IMG/VR virus record: IMGVR_UViG_3300043764_000029
Coordinates: 1 to 59,152 of that record
Length of the DNA stretch: 59,152 nucleotides
From: a virus
Taxonomy: Duplodnaviria > Caudoviricetes
Direction: 5' to 3' (one strand)
The position numbers and the translations under genes were made by a program. Of this stretch, positions 49,363 through 59,152 are shown piece by piece (within the stretch, counting starts at the first letter, position 1; every line of letters starts with the position of its first letter). The notes under the pieces were generated by a model. The model was not told the origin of the DNA. It was given only the letters and a program-made list of their open reading frames with translations, and did no database searches.

Positions 49363-50763
49363 TCAGCGGGAAGCGAGCTGGACGACCGGCGACAGCAGGT
49401 TGCTGCTGCCGTTGTGCGGGGTGATCGCGGACTGCAGCCACGGGCGGCCGTCGACGCGCTCGATCACGCGGTACGCGGTCTTGTCGTTGGCGAACTTGTA
49501 GTGCTCGCTGGAGCTGGACTCCATCCGCATGCGGTCGCCGATGAGGTAGTACGACAGGTCGACGAAGGTGATGTCGCCGGTGGTGCCGAGCGGGCCCGGC
49601 TTCTCCGTGAAGTACACCGGCCGGCCCAGGATCGTGACCGGCGGGGTGTCCATGCCGCCCTGGCCGCCGGCCATGTTGCCGATCCAGATCGGGCCACCGC
49701 CGGTGCCCACGGACAGGGCCATGGTGGCGAGCTGCGGGAACGTGTCGATGCTCGCGATCCAGACCGCACGGCCGAGGCTGGTCGGCAGCATCTGGGCGTA
49801 CATCTTGACCAGGTTCTCCCAGAGGATCGTCTTGGTCAGCTGCCCGGACTCGATGGCGACCTGGACGCTGCACGGGGAGTTGATGAAGCCGAGCGGCTCG
49901 CCGACGCCGGTGCCGGTCATGAAGGCGACGTCCTCGAACCAGCTGATGGCCTTCGGGAAGGTGCCGGAGAAGAAGCCCTCGAACGCGGGGGCGTCCATGA
50001 GGAGCTCGTTGGGGACCTCGGCGTACGCGGTCAACTTCTTGGCGTCGAGGACGACGCGGCCGAAGCTGGCCTGGGACTCCGTCAGGGCTGCGCCTTCCTC
50101 GGCCCAGTAGCCGACGACGCCACCGAGGATGCTGCTGGCGTGCGAGGTGTCGTCGATCATCGGGATCGGCACCCGCAGGCTGGACATGGGGATGACGGTG
50201 GCGCGCGGCCGCACGACCGCGGTCTCCAGGGCGACCTGCAGGATCTCGGACCTCAACTCCTCCGGGATCAGGAAGCCACCGTCGCCCGGGACCTCGGAGC
50301 CGTAGGAGTTCTGGATCTCCATGAGCCTGTCCAGCTTGGGCTGGAGCTCGCGGTGGTCCTTCAGCCGGTCCGCGCGGTACCAGGTCGCCCGGAAGTACTC
50401 GGACGCGTCCTCGAAGATGCCGTCGGCGGCCGCGCCCGGTGCGCGCCGGTTGTAGAGGCTCTTGCGGGCGGCGGACGGCAGGCCCTGAATCTGCGGGCCC
50501 ATGTTGCTGGCGCGCTTGCCCGCGAGGTCGACGGGCGGCTTGGCGTCGGAGCCGTTCTGCTTCAGGTACTCGGCGAGGACGAGCTGCATCTGCTCCCGCG
50601 CCTGGGCGTTGATCTCGCCCTTGTTGGCCTTGTCGACGGCCTGGGCGTAGCCCTCGATGAACTCGCCGAGGCTCTCCTTGGAGGCCCACAGCTCCTTCAT
50701 CTTCTCGCCGTCGTTGAGGACCTCGGCCAGACCCGCCGGGGAGTCCGGAATGGTGATCGTCAC
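49363..50763 (-). CDS. HK97-fold major capsid protein
   Basis: DGGFLIPEE, WAEEG, KKLTAYAEVPNELLMD, GTGVGEPLG, ERVDGRP. Confidence 0.95.
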   Translation of the reverse strand: MTITIPDSPAGLAEVLNDGEKMKELWASKESLGEFIEGYAQAVDKANKGEINAQAREQMQLVLAEYLKQNGSDAKPPVDLAGKRASNMGPQIQGLPSAARKSLYNRRAPGAAADGIFEDASEYFRATWYRADRLKDHRELQPKLDRLMEIQNSYGSEVPGDGGFLIPEELRSEILQVALETAVVRPRATVIPMSSLRVPIPMIDDTSHASSILGGVVGYWAEEGAALTESQASFGRVVLDAKKLTAYAEVPNELLMDAPAFEGFFSGTFPKAISWFEDVAFMTGTGVGEPLGFINSPCSVQVAIESGQLTKTILWENLVKMYAQMLPTSLGRAVWIASIDTFPQLATMALSVGTGGGPIWIGNMAGGQGGMDTPPVTILGRPVYFTEKPGPLGTTGDITFVDLSYYLIGDRMRMESSSSEHYKFANDKTAYRVIERVDGRPWLQSAITPHNGSSNLLSPVVQLASR

Positions 50764-52070
50764 TGCGCCTCCTCGGCGTGGTTGTGCAGCCACGCCGGGG
50801 CCGGCGCGCTGTGGTCGTGGAGCCAGCCGGGGATCCCGGCATGGTTGTCGGTGCCGCCGTCGTCGTCGCCTTGGTGGGCGTCGTCGAGGTGCGCCTGCAG
50901 GTGCTTGCGGACGCCCGCCTTGTCGGCCTCGGGGATCTTGGAGCCCTCGAGGCGGGCGAGGCCGTTACGGCACGCTGCGACGTTCGCCGCGCCACCCTTC
51001 GTGCGGTGATGGGGGAAGCGGTAACTCGCCTTCTTGTCGTCGGCGTCGCCGTCGGGGTCGTCGGCGGTGCCGTCGTCCGCTGCCGAGTCCTCCCACGCGT
51101 GGCAGTAGCGCAGAACGGTGGCGTCGTTCGGCATCGCGGCGACTGCGGCCGGGCCGTCCCACGGCTCGTCCACCGTGGCGGTGTGGTGGACCGGTAGTGC
51201 CTCGTTGGTCAGCGGCATCGACTCGACGCCCAACACCCGCCCTGGCGCCCGGTTCTCAGTGGCGTGGGCGTGGTGGTGGTCGGCGTCCCCGTCGTGGGTG
51301 TGCTCGTGCTCGTGGCTGCCATCACCGCCCTGGTCGCCGAACGCCGGGTGCGCGTGCGTGTGGGTGCCGGTGAACGGGCCGTGCCCGGCCTGGTCGGCGT
51401 TGTGCAGGCGCGGGGCGTGCGCGTACAGGCTCAGGTCGAAGCGTGCTGCTGCGGCGAGCGCGTCCTGCGCCGGACGCTCCGCGAGCTTGTGCGCGAGGCC
51501 GGCGGCCACGGCCTCGTCGGCGTTGTACCAGGTCTCCTGCTGCATCGCGTCGCGCCAGCCGTCCGCGCGGCCGGTCTGGTCGGCGTAGATGCCCGCGATG
51601 TTGTCGGAGACCTTGTCAAGGAGCTCGGCGGTCTCGCGCATGTCCGACGCGTTGCCCATACACAGGCCACTGGCGTCGTGAATCATCATCATCGCGCCGG
51701 GGCAGATCAGCCGCTGCGTCCCGGCCATGGCGATGAACGACGCTGCGGAGGCGGCGATGCCGTCCACGATCGTGGTGACCTTGCCGGGCCGCTGCGCCAG
51801 CGAGTTGTAGATCGCCAATCCGTCGAAGACGTCCCCGCCAGGCGAGTTGATGTGGACCTCGATGTCGCCGTTGATGGACGCCAGCTCGTTGACGAAGTCC
51901 ACCGCGGTCACGCCGCTGGCGAACCAGCCGCCGCCGCCGATCTCGTCATAGATGTCGACGCGAGTCGGGCCGCCGGCGTCATTGCGGAGCACTCGGTACC
52001 AGCTGCTCTTCGGCTGCTGGACGAGGTTGGTGATGCGCTGCGCCGAGCGCCGCATCGCGTCACGGTTCAC
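50760..52070 (-). CDS. ClpP-type head maturation protease with His-rich linker and C-terminal extension
   Basis: HINSPGGDVFDG, GIAASAAS, MMIHDA, ETWYNADEA. Confidence 0.93.
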   Translation of the reverse strand: MNRDAMRRSAQRITNLVQQPKSSWYRVLRNDAGGPTRVDIYDEIGGGGWFASGVTAVDFVNELASINGDIEVHINSPGGDVFDGLAIYNSLAQRPGKVTTIVDGIAASAASFIAMAGTQRLICPGAMMMIHDASGLCMGNASDMRETAELLDKVSDNIAGIYADQTGRADGWRDAMQQETWYNADEAVAAGLAHKLAERPAQDALAAAARFDLSLYAHAPRLHNADQAGHGPFTGTHTHAHPAFGDQGGDGSHEHEHTHDGDADHHHAHATENRAPGRVLGVESMPLTNEALPVHHTATVDEPWDGPAAVAAMPNDATVLRYCHAWEDSAADDGTADDPDGDADDKKASYRFPHHRTKGGAANVAACRNGLARLEGSKIPEADKAGVRKHLQAHLDDAHQGDDDGGTDNHAGIPGWLHDHSAPAPAWLHNHAEEAQ

Positions 52071-52332
52071 CGGGCCACCGCCTCGGAGGGCATCGCCGCG
52101 GCGCCGACCAGGAGCAGGCCGGACATCTGCCCGGCGGAGGTGTTGATGGCCTGAGCCCACGCGTGCGCATCGTCTCGGGACAGGAACACGGTCATCGTCG
52201 TCGAGCCGGTGCGGACGGTCAGCGCCATGCGCTGCCCGCGCGGGGTGTCGACCAGCGCGGTGGTGATCTGCGCCGGGGTCTCGCCGAGGAGTTGGTTGCC
52301 CGGGTCGAACGGCGGAGGCTGCGGTGGGGTCG

Positions 52333-53703
52333 TCATCGGGCACCCGCCCGGTTCCACGTGGGCAGCTGCTGAGCCATCAGCGCCTCCAAGTTGGCGTCGT
52401 CGTCCTGCCCCGGTTCGGGCGCGGCTGGTGCCGCGGGCACCCACGCCGGCGGCAGCGCCGGGGCCTGAGTCGCCTGCTCCACCACGCCCATGTCCGGGAG
52501 GCCCACTGTCTCCAGCACGTCGGACGGGTCGTAGCCCGCGCCGACGAGCCACAGGGCGGCCTGAGCCTTCGACTTGAGCTCCAGCGCGTCGGCCTCACGG
52601 TTGCCGGTGACCGGGTCGTCGTGGTCGAGTTCGACGCCTTCACCGGTGGAGCCGAACAGCGGCAAATAGCTGCAGTTGAGGGTGTCGCGCCACCGGTCGA
52701 GCCGGTCCGCGATCAGGAACGACTCGAAGTGCTCCTGTGCGGTCTGGGCGTTGGCCCTGTTGACGTCGTCCGAGGTGCCGAGGATGGACTTGTGCATGGC
52801 GAACGCTTCGCGGATGACGTCCCGGGAGACGCCGCGAAGGCCCGCGAAGTCCATGTCCCTGATCGTGTGGGCGTTCGGCACCCACACCATGCCCTGCTCA
52901 AGAATGGCGACGCGGTGCGCTGCGCCGACACCGCGGTGGGACTCGCGCCAGCGGTTGGTGAACTCGTTCCACTCGTCATCGCTGAGCCGCTTGTCGACCT
53001 GGATCACACCGCCAGGGGTCGCGGAGTTGAGGAAGAAGTTCCTGTTCCACTGCGCGCTGTATTTGCTGGCGTCGACGTCGACGAGGATCGACTGGACCGG
53101 CCCGAGCCCGTGGTAGATGTCGAACGGGTTCGGATACTTGATCTGGATGACCTCGTCGGGCTCCAGCGGCACCGACTCGCCGTTCGGGCCCTGGTAGATG
53201 TAGCCGTTCAGGAACCGCTCACGGCCCGGAACCGGGAACATGCGGTCCGGGCGGGCCGGCCACAACGCCATGGGGAACGTCGCGCGGCCATCGCGCTGCA
53301 CGATGATGTAGCCCTCGCCGGTGAGGTCGAGGTACGTCTGTGAGAGTTCGCGCAGCTGAAAGCCCGACATGAACGGGTTCGGCTTGTTCCACAGCGAGAT
53401 GGCCCAGTGCTTGATGACCTCGACGCGCTGATCGCTGCCCTTGTCGCCTGTGGTGTAGCGGCGGCGGCCGTCCTGCGGCTGCTGCCGGTACAGGTGCCAG
53501 CCCTGCTTGGCGGTCTGCCGGGCAAGCATGCTGACGATCGAGTAGACCGTGCCGGAGCTGCTGTAGGCGCGCATGTAGCTGCCCGGGTCCGATCCGGCGT
53601 TCCCCGATCCGATCGAGGCATAGCCGGGCGCGGAGTAGGCAATGGGCGGCTCGGCCGAGGCCCCGCCAGCCTTGCCGAGGATTGCTCCGATGAGGCTGCT
53701 CAC
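52333..53703 (-). CDS. Portal protein (HK97-type)
   Basis: PNPFMS..LDLTGEGY..GLGPV..FFLNSATPGG. Confidence 0.93.
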   Translation of the reverse strand: MSSLIGAILGKAGGASAEPPIAYSAPGYASIGSGNAGSDPGSYMRAYSSSGTVYSIVSMLARQTAKQGWHLYRQQPQDGRRRYTTGDKGSDQRVEVIKHWAISLWNKPNPFMSGFQLRELSQTYLDLTGEGYIIVQRDGRATFPMALWPARPDRMFPVPGRERFLNGYIYQGPNGESVPLEPDEVIQIKYPNPFDIYHGLGPVQSILVDVDASKYSAQWNRNFFLNSATPGGVIQVDKRLSDDEWNEFTNRWRESHRGVGAAHRVAILEQGMVWVPNAHTIRDMDFAGLRGVSRDVIREAFAMHKSILGTSDDVNRANAQTAQEHFESFLIADRLDRWRDTLNCSYLPLFGSTGEGVELDHDDPVTGNREADALELKSKAQAALWLVGAGYDPSDVLETVGLPDMGVVEQATQAPALPPAWVPAAPAAPEPGQDDDANLEALMAQQLPTWNRAGAR

Positions 53704-53981
53704 GAACGCATCCGGTCTGAGCCCGGGACGCCGGGCACCTTCTGCTCAAGCTTCCAGTCGAGGACCAGCACGGACAGGCCGGTGACGATCCATCCGACGA
53801 CCGTGTTCGCGGTGAACGCGCCTGTGTCGATGCAGCCGAGGCCGGCCGCTGTGAGAACGCTGCCGGAGAGGCGCGCGGCGGTGGCCTTGGCGTGGTCGGC
53901 GGCGCGGCGGGCGAGCAGCACGACAGCGCCCGGGATGCGGGCCCGTCGGGATGCCGGGATCTCGCCGATCACTGCCGTCAT
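53700..53981 (-). CDS. Small 2-TM protein between terL and portal
   Basis: Hydrophobic; coupled to portal. Confidence 0.65.
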   Translation of the reverse strand: MTAVIGEIPASRRARIPGAVVLLARRAADHAKATAARLSGSVLTAAGLGCIDTGAFTANTVVGWIVTGLSVLVLDWKLEQKVPGVPGSDRMRS

Positions 53982-54026
53982 GGCGTTGACGGTACGAATC
54001 AACCCCGACCCGACCCCGGGGCGTGA

Positions 54027-55346
54027 TCAGTACAGGATGCGGATCCGGGGCCGGCCGCCGAGATCCCGCTCGGCGACCATGTAGCGCAGGGCGTCCATCC
54101 CGTGATCGTCTTGCTTGACGGGCGCTTCCTTCGGCTGCTTGCCGGGCTGCGCATCCCACACGTACCCGGTGATCTCCTCGACCGTGGAACACGGCTTCTT
54201 GGCGTCCGCCAGCTCCGGGTCACGCTTCACGAGAGCGTCGCGGCAGATGAACAGCCGCGGCTTGCCGTCGCCAGCAGCCCGGAGCCGGGCCTGCACGGCT
54301 TGGATGCCGTCGCTGACCGTCTTGTGGGCCGGGCTGGTACCCATGCCGAGGTGGCGTTCCAGGGTGGCGCGGTCCTCGGCGTCGTGGTCGCAGATGACCG
54401 CGCGCGGCTTCGGCTCGATCCACTGCCCGTTGGGGGCGACGATGCTGAGGATGTCCTTGGCGTGGTCCTCGACCAGGCGCTTGGACTGGTAGATCTCCCT
54501 GGTCAGGTAGAGGCGCCCGTCCCCGTCCTCCGCCCAGCACTGGAGCACAAGCGGGTTGGAGTACCCGAAGTCGATCGACCACCACCTTGACCACCCTGGC
54601 TGCACAACGGACCGGTCAACGAGGTGCACGGTCGGATCCCAGCCCTCGTAGATCAGCCCCTCGGCGGCAACCCACCGGCCCCAGCGCATCCGCTCATACC
54701 GGGCCCCCACCAGGCTGTCGAGGCGTGCGAGGTACGACTTCCCGTACTCGGTCCACTCCCCGTCCTGGTACATGCGGGGGTTGTCCTCGTGCTTGCTGTA
54801 CAGGATCTGGCAGCGGCCGGCGTCGGCGCGGAGCTTCAGGTGATGGGTTGGAGGGCCGGGATTGGTGGCCATGATCAGGCGCTGGCGGCTGAGAACTCCG
54901 TTCCTGAGGCGCGTAACGATGGTGTCCAGATCCTCTTCCGTAACTTCAATTGCTTCGTCAACAAACGCCAGGTCAAACTCGGTGCTCAACAGTCGACTTG
55001 CCCGGTCGAGGCCGCCAATCACGATGACGGAGCCGTTGGAGTACCGGAAGCTGGCCGGCTCCTGCGCCGATCCGCCGTAGAAGTGGAGCAGGCCCGCCTG
55101 AATCGCCTCCTTAGCGACCTTCTCCCGGAACGTGACCAGGGTGGATGCGGTAAGCGAGGCATGCGTCTTGCGCACGATGAGGACGCGCACTTTGGGCTTC
55201 GAAAGGCACGAGAGATGGACGTACATCAACGCGCCCACCGATTTCCCCGTTCCCGCCGCACCCGAGATCAGCAGCTCGTTAGCCGTCGACTGGAAGAGTT
55301 CCTGCACGGCTCCACGAGGCTCATACCGAACCACGGTGTTAGTCAC
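54027..55346 (-). CDS. terL: Terminase large subunit
   Basis: GAAGTGKS, FVDEA, IDFGYSNP, DDHGMDALRY. Confidence 0.95.
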   Translation of the reverse strand: MTNTVVRYEPRGAVQELFQSTANELLISGAAGTGKSVGALMYVHLSCLSKPKVRVLIVRKTHASLTASTLVTFREKVAKEAIQAGLLHFYGGSAQEPASFRYSNGSVIVIGGLDRASRLLSTEFDLAFVDEAIEVTEEDLDTIVTRLRNGVLSRQRLIMATNPGPPTHHLKLRADAGRCQILYSKHEDNPRMYQDGEWTEYGKSYLARLDSLVGARYERMRWGRWVAAEGLIYEGWDPTVHLVDRSVVQPGWSRWWSIDFGYSNPLVLQCWAEDGDGRLYLTREIYQSKRLVEDHAKDILSIVAPNGQWIEPKPRAVICDHDAEDRATLERHLGMGTSPAHKTVSDGIQAVQARLRAAGDGKPRLFICRDALVKRDPELADAKKPCSTVEEITGYVWDAQPGKQPKEAPVKQDDHGMDALRYMVAERDLGGRPRIRILY

Positions 55347-56091
55347 GATGACGCTCCAGATAGGCCGCTGCCGCACGTAGGCGTTCAGGCTCGTCCTGGA
55401 ACTTGCCTATGCCCTGGTTGCACGACCCACACAACAGGCCCCTCAGGCACCGCCCGCACGACTTGCCCGGGTCAGGGCAGCATGCATGGTCGTGATCTAC
55501 AGCCAGCATTCGCCCTGAGGCGCACTGTCTGCCACAGATGGCACACCCGCCAGCCTGCGCTTCGAGCATGGCTCGATACCCGGCAGGGGTGAGCCCGTAG
55601 CTCCTCAGTCGGGCCTTGTTTCGGTTGCAGTCCTTGCACTGGTACGAAAGCTTGTCGGGGTGTCTGTTGTTCGCACCGAAGGCGGGTTCGGGAATCCATG
55701 CGAGGCAGGAGCGGCATAGCTTCCTCCCCTGGCCGTCCCGTTCGAGGTGCGACCGCCATGCCCGGATCTGGGTCAATGGCTGGCCATCGACCCTCTGTCG
55801 GTTGTGTGTTTCGCACAGGCCGTGTGCTGCCACGTATCGATCACAGGTGGCGAAGGTGCATACGCTTCGGCTCTTCACGATGGTCCTTGACGGGTCGCCG
55901 TGGATGGTCCAGCGCCGGTAGTGCATGTCGCACCAGCCGCGCTTGAGTGCCGGTTTCTCGCAGGCTTCGACGGCGCAGCGAGGACGCCCCGTTCCCTCGT
56001 TGCGTTGCCACTGGTTGTAGTGCGTGCCGCACATTCCGCGGGCCCGGTGCGGCCGTTCGCATTCGGGCATGTCACAGGTACGCTGCGCCAT
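55339..56091 (-). CDS. Endonuclease VII-family homing endonuclease
   Basis: Three C-x4-C..C..H repeats; YGLT..QAGGCAIC..LAVDHDH..RGLLCGSCNQGIG. Confidence 0.9.
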   Translation of the reverse strand: MAQRTCDMPECERPHRARGMCGTHYNQWQRNEGTGRPRCAVEACEKPALKRGWCDMHYRRWTIHGDPSRTIVKSRSVCTFATCDRYVAAHGLCETHNRQRVDGQPLTQIRAWRSHLERDGQGRKLCRSCLAWIPEPAFGANNRHPDKLSYQCKDCNRNKARLRSYGLTPAGYRAMLEAQAGGCAICGRQCASGRMLAVDHDHACCPDPGKSCGRCLRGLLCGSCNQGIGKFQDEPERLRAAAAYLERHRD

Positions 56092-56121
56092 GGGGTTGCC
56101 TCTCATCCAGGTGCCTCCGCG

Positions 56122-56170
56122 CCCCGGGACGGTTGCCTCCGTCGCCGGGGTCTTTGCACTGATCATTCTA
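56122..56170 (-). promoter_or_regulatory. Promoter (-10 TAGAAT) and leader hairpin of the EndoVII gene
   Basis: TAGAAT 56165-56170; CCCCGG-GACGG..CCGTC-CCGGGG stem. Confidence 0.5.
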
Positions 56171-56399
56171 CCGTTCATGCAGCTCAACTCGCCTGTATTG
56201 CTGGCTAGTTAGCCCTTATCGCACAGGGATGCTGGGTGCGATTCCGTCGGCATCTGGCGAAGCTTGACTCTTCTCATTGCCGGGTCGGGTCGTGATGAGC
56301 GAGTCGACCAGGGAATCCGTTGCGAAGTCAGGCGGTGGTGTTCTCGGTCCCGCTGCTGCCGGTGTCGTACTCGTGCGACATGATCTTGGCGGGTTTGTC

Positions 56400-56594
56400 T
56401 CAGAGGACGTACGGCTCGCAGGCGAGCAGCTCGTGTCCGCGCTCCTGGTATCAGCGGTCCAGCGCGGTCGCCATGGCCTCGCGAAGCTCCTGGTCCACGT
56501 CGTCGGTGTACATCTGCTCACCGTCCTTCTCGGGCAGGTGCCCGGAGTCGCGGGTGGTGAAGGAGATCTCGAGGTGGTGATGCTCGCGGCTCAC
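56400..56594 (-). pseudogene. Small ORF with internal TGA (likely Trp-to-stop)
   Basis: ..ALDR*YQERGHELLACEPYVL*. Confidence 0.4.
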
Positions 56595-58342
56595 GGCTGC
56601 TCCTGGCGGTAGTTCTCGTTGGCGGGTGTGCCGTTGCCTGCGGGGATGCCGAGCGCCCTGCAGCACGCGGCACAGCGGGGTGCGCTGACGCGACTGAACA
56701 TGCCGGGCATGGACCAGCGGCGGCGCAGGGTGCAAGCGGCGCGCAGAACCGGTCGAGTGCCGTGGTCGATGTGGTCGCGCATCTGGTCGGCGGTCAGCAC
56801 CGTGCCGGTGATGGCGTGGAGGCGACGCCACTTGCCGCAGGTCAGCCACCAGTGGCCATGGTTCTCAGCGATCGGGTGCGAGGTCACGGCTACCTCCCGG
56901 CCAGCAGCGGGAGCGCGAGCAGGACCACGGCGGTGACCAGGCCGGCGAAGAAGCCGAACTTCGCGACACGGGGCGGGATGCCGAACTCCGGGCGGCCCCA
57001 GATCAGTCGGCGCTTGCTCATCGCTGCTGCTCCCATGTGTACCGGCGCCGGTCGGCGGTGTTTCCCCTGATCAGCGCGACTGCGAACCAGCCCCACCAGG
57101 CCCGGAGGATGGTGACGTTGCTGCGGTACCAGCCCGGTCGCTTCTGGAACGGGCCGCTGACCTCGAACTCGACGATCACGAGGCGGCCTCCGCCTGCTCC
57201 AGCCGTCGGATCGCCTTGTCCAGCTCCTTGCGGAACTTCCGCGCGTCCGCCAGCACTTCCTCGCGGCTGCCGTAGCCGATCACCCACGCGTCGCACGAGT
57301 GAGGCAGCGAGAGAGCCCACTCACCTTCACCGGCCCACGTGCTCGATGGGGATTCCCCGTCGACCGGTTCGCCGACGGGCTCGGCATCCCAGGAGTCCTG
57401 CCCCGGGCGCTTCAACCAGAACGTCACCGCTGTTCCTCCGTCCATCCGTAGGCTTGGGCGAGCAGCAGCACTGTCTGGCAAGGCCACGGCACACCGACCC
57501 GCTCGACCACCGTCCTGCACTCCACGGTCTCGATCTCCTGGCCGTCAGCACAGCGCACGCACTCGGGCTGCCGCTGGTCGCCGTCGCTGGCGTGCTCGGC
57601 GAGGATCTGTCGGTCCAACGCCACCCGGCGCAGCACGGCCTCGGTCGATCCCGCACCCATGAGGTGCCCAGCAGCCTTGTACTCCTCGGCGTGCACGCCA
57701 ACGTCTTCTGCTGCCCTTGCGTCAGCCGCAGCCTCGTCCAGGGCCTGCTGCAGGAACGCCACGGCCGGATGCCCGCTCACCGCTGCTCTCCGTTGTGGTC
57801 GGGACTGTTGTGGGCGCGGGCCACGAAGCGCAGCACGGTGTTGATGGCCCCGACGTCGGACGCGGTGAGCATGTGTCCGGCACGTCCGATGCCTTCGGTG
57901 CTGTCGAGGTGCCGCGCGGCGAGGATCACGATCTCGCTGGGGCGTTCGACGAGGATTCGGCGGGGATGGGTGTCGTTCACTGCTTCACCTCCGGGTCGAT
58001 CAGGTCGGCGGCCGCCCGGACCGCGTTGCCCTGCAAGGTGGTCTCGTGGTCGACCGAGCCGTACTTGATGAACTCGGCGGCTTTCCGCGCTTCCGACCAG
58101 GCGCGCTGCTTCTGGGCGAGCTCGTGCACGAACGCGTCGAGCTCCTCGGCGGCGTCCTTCAAGTCCTCGGGCAGCGGGCCGCAGTTGTAGTGGCCGCCGC
58201 ATGTCGAGCCGCCTGCGATCAGCTTGATCAGCTCGTCGCGCTTGCTCACCACCGGCTCCGCTTCGCCCGGTCCGACGTAGATCGCCGTATTCCAGGGCCC
58301 GTTACTGCCCAGCAGGGGACCGATGCCCTCGAACCCGCTCAC
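56591..58342 (-). CDS. Small-gene array paralleling 1003..3002 (includes DUF6221-like 57424..57780)
   Basis: Blocks near-identical to the left copy alternate with unrelated genes. Confidence 0.7.
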
Positions 58343-58707
58343 CGCTGCTCCCCCGCGCTTGCGCCGCACTCGTTGCAGGTGAAGCCGTAGGCAGGAGCTC
58401 CGTAACACGCATTGCAGGCCGGGGCGGCGAGGAGTTGGACAGGCTCGACGCCGAGGACTTCGGCAAGAGCCACCAAGTCGTCGGCGTCGACGCGACGCTC
58501 ACCCTGTTCGATGCGCCGGAGACCAAGCACCGGAATGGGGCGACCGATCACGGCCAAACGTCGGGAGAGCGCCACGTAGGTCATCACCCGCATGGCGCGA
58601 AGGCGTCGAATGTTCTCGGCGACCATCGTTCCTGTAGGGCCGAGCGTGCTGATCTGAGTGTCTGCCACATCGAAAGGATGCGGATCGGCTCGGACAACTA
58701 CCGCCAC
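58339..58707 (-). CDS. XRE HTH with C-terminal Zn ribbon
   Basis: ENIRRLR..LRRIEQGERRVDADDLVALA; CNAC..CNEC. Confidence 0.75.
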   Translation of the reverse strand: MAVVVRADPHPFDVADTQISTLGPTGTMVAENIRRLRAMRVMTYVALSRRLAVIGRPIPVLGLRRIEQGERRVDADDLVALAEVLGVEPVQLLAAPACNACYGAPAYGFTCNECGASAGEQR

Positions 58708-58800
58708 CGGTCGCCGCTCACCGACGCGGGTTGTCCCGGCCGATGTCCAGGCCCAGCACGAACGCCCCGACCACCGCGAGCACCCACCACATCGCGTCCG

Positions 58801-59152
58801 TCACCGCAGCTGCTCCATGTCCACACCAACCACCTCGTACGTCAGCCCGCCCGAAACCTGCGCCTTCACCGGCTGGTCCAGGCCCAGCAGCTTCCGCCGC
58901 GACTCGCTGATCCGCACCAGCCGGTCGATCGCCTGCAGGACCGGTCCGTCGTCCGGAAGCGGCACACCGTCGAGCTCGATGACCCTGCCGTTCGACACGG
59001 TGATGTGCTGCGCCTCCAGCACCGCCAACGCCGCCTGGTAGAGATGGTCGAGCCGCTCCAGCTCGAACGCGACGGCAGCGGCAGCCGGCTCGGCAACGAT
59101 CTCGGAGAGGGCCCGTTGCACTGCGTCGTGGGCCGCGCGAACGTCGTACCCC
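58801..59152 (-). CDS. terS: Terminase small subunit, 3' part (5' end outside window)
   Basis: Almost identical to 3350..3701. Confidence 0.75.
   Translation of the reverse strand, partial: GYDVRAAHDAVQRALSEIVAEPAAAAVAFELERLDHLYQAALAVLEAQHITVSNGRVIELDGVPLPDDGPVLQAIDRLVRISESRRKLLGLDQPVKAQVSGGLTYEVVGVDMEQLR

Larger units (their letters stand above)
28500..59152. mobile_element. Right prophage segment: accessory, lysis, tail, head and packaging modules; continues beyond the right edge
   Basis: Complete siphovirus late module on the minus strand. Confidence 0.85.

Noticed and set aside
56591-59152. Simple terminal redundancy or exact assembly duplication of 1003-3701
   Set aside because: The copies differ by substitutions and whole-gene replacements

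Overview
High-GC actinomycete (Streptomyces/Kitasatospora-like) temperate siphophage DNA across the whole window, mostly on the minus strand. Read right to left it contains one full phage gene set of about 55.4 kb, measured terS to terS. The order is terS, small-gene array, EndoVII, terL, portal, ClpP-type protease, HK97 capsid, neck/tail, tape measure, lysis, accessory genes, an attP-like junction (~28.46-28.70 kb), integrase/repressor/cro/xis, recombination and replication genes, more small genes, a plasmid-like membrane operon, and then a second terS and terL. The two ends are mosaic rather than identical, which best fits two related prophages in tandem (a chimeric assembly is the alternative). 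Most notable: (i) a self-regulated spd/tra-like membrane operon ending in an apparent ATPase-less TraB-like gene with clt-like repeats; (ii) decayed terL relics that all stop at the TTRLRNG codons, next to a free-standing EndoVII and a recoded terL; (iii) a PLD/DUF1003 lysis cassette; (iv) tandem copies of the tape-measure C-terminus. All family calls come from motif recognition by eye; no database searches were run.
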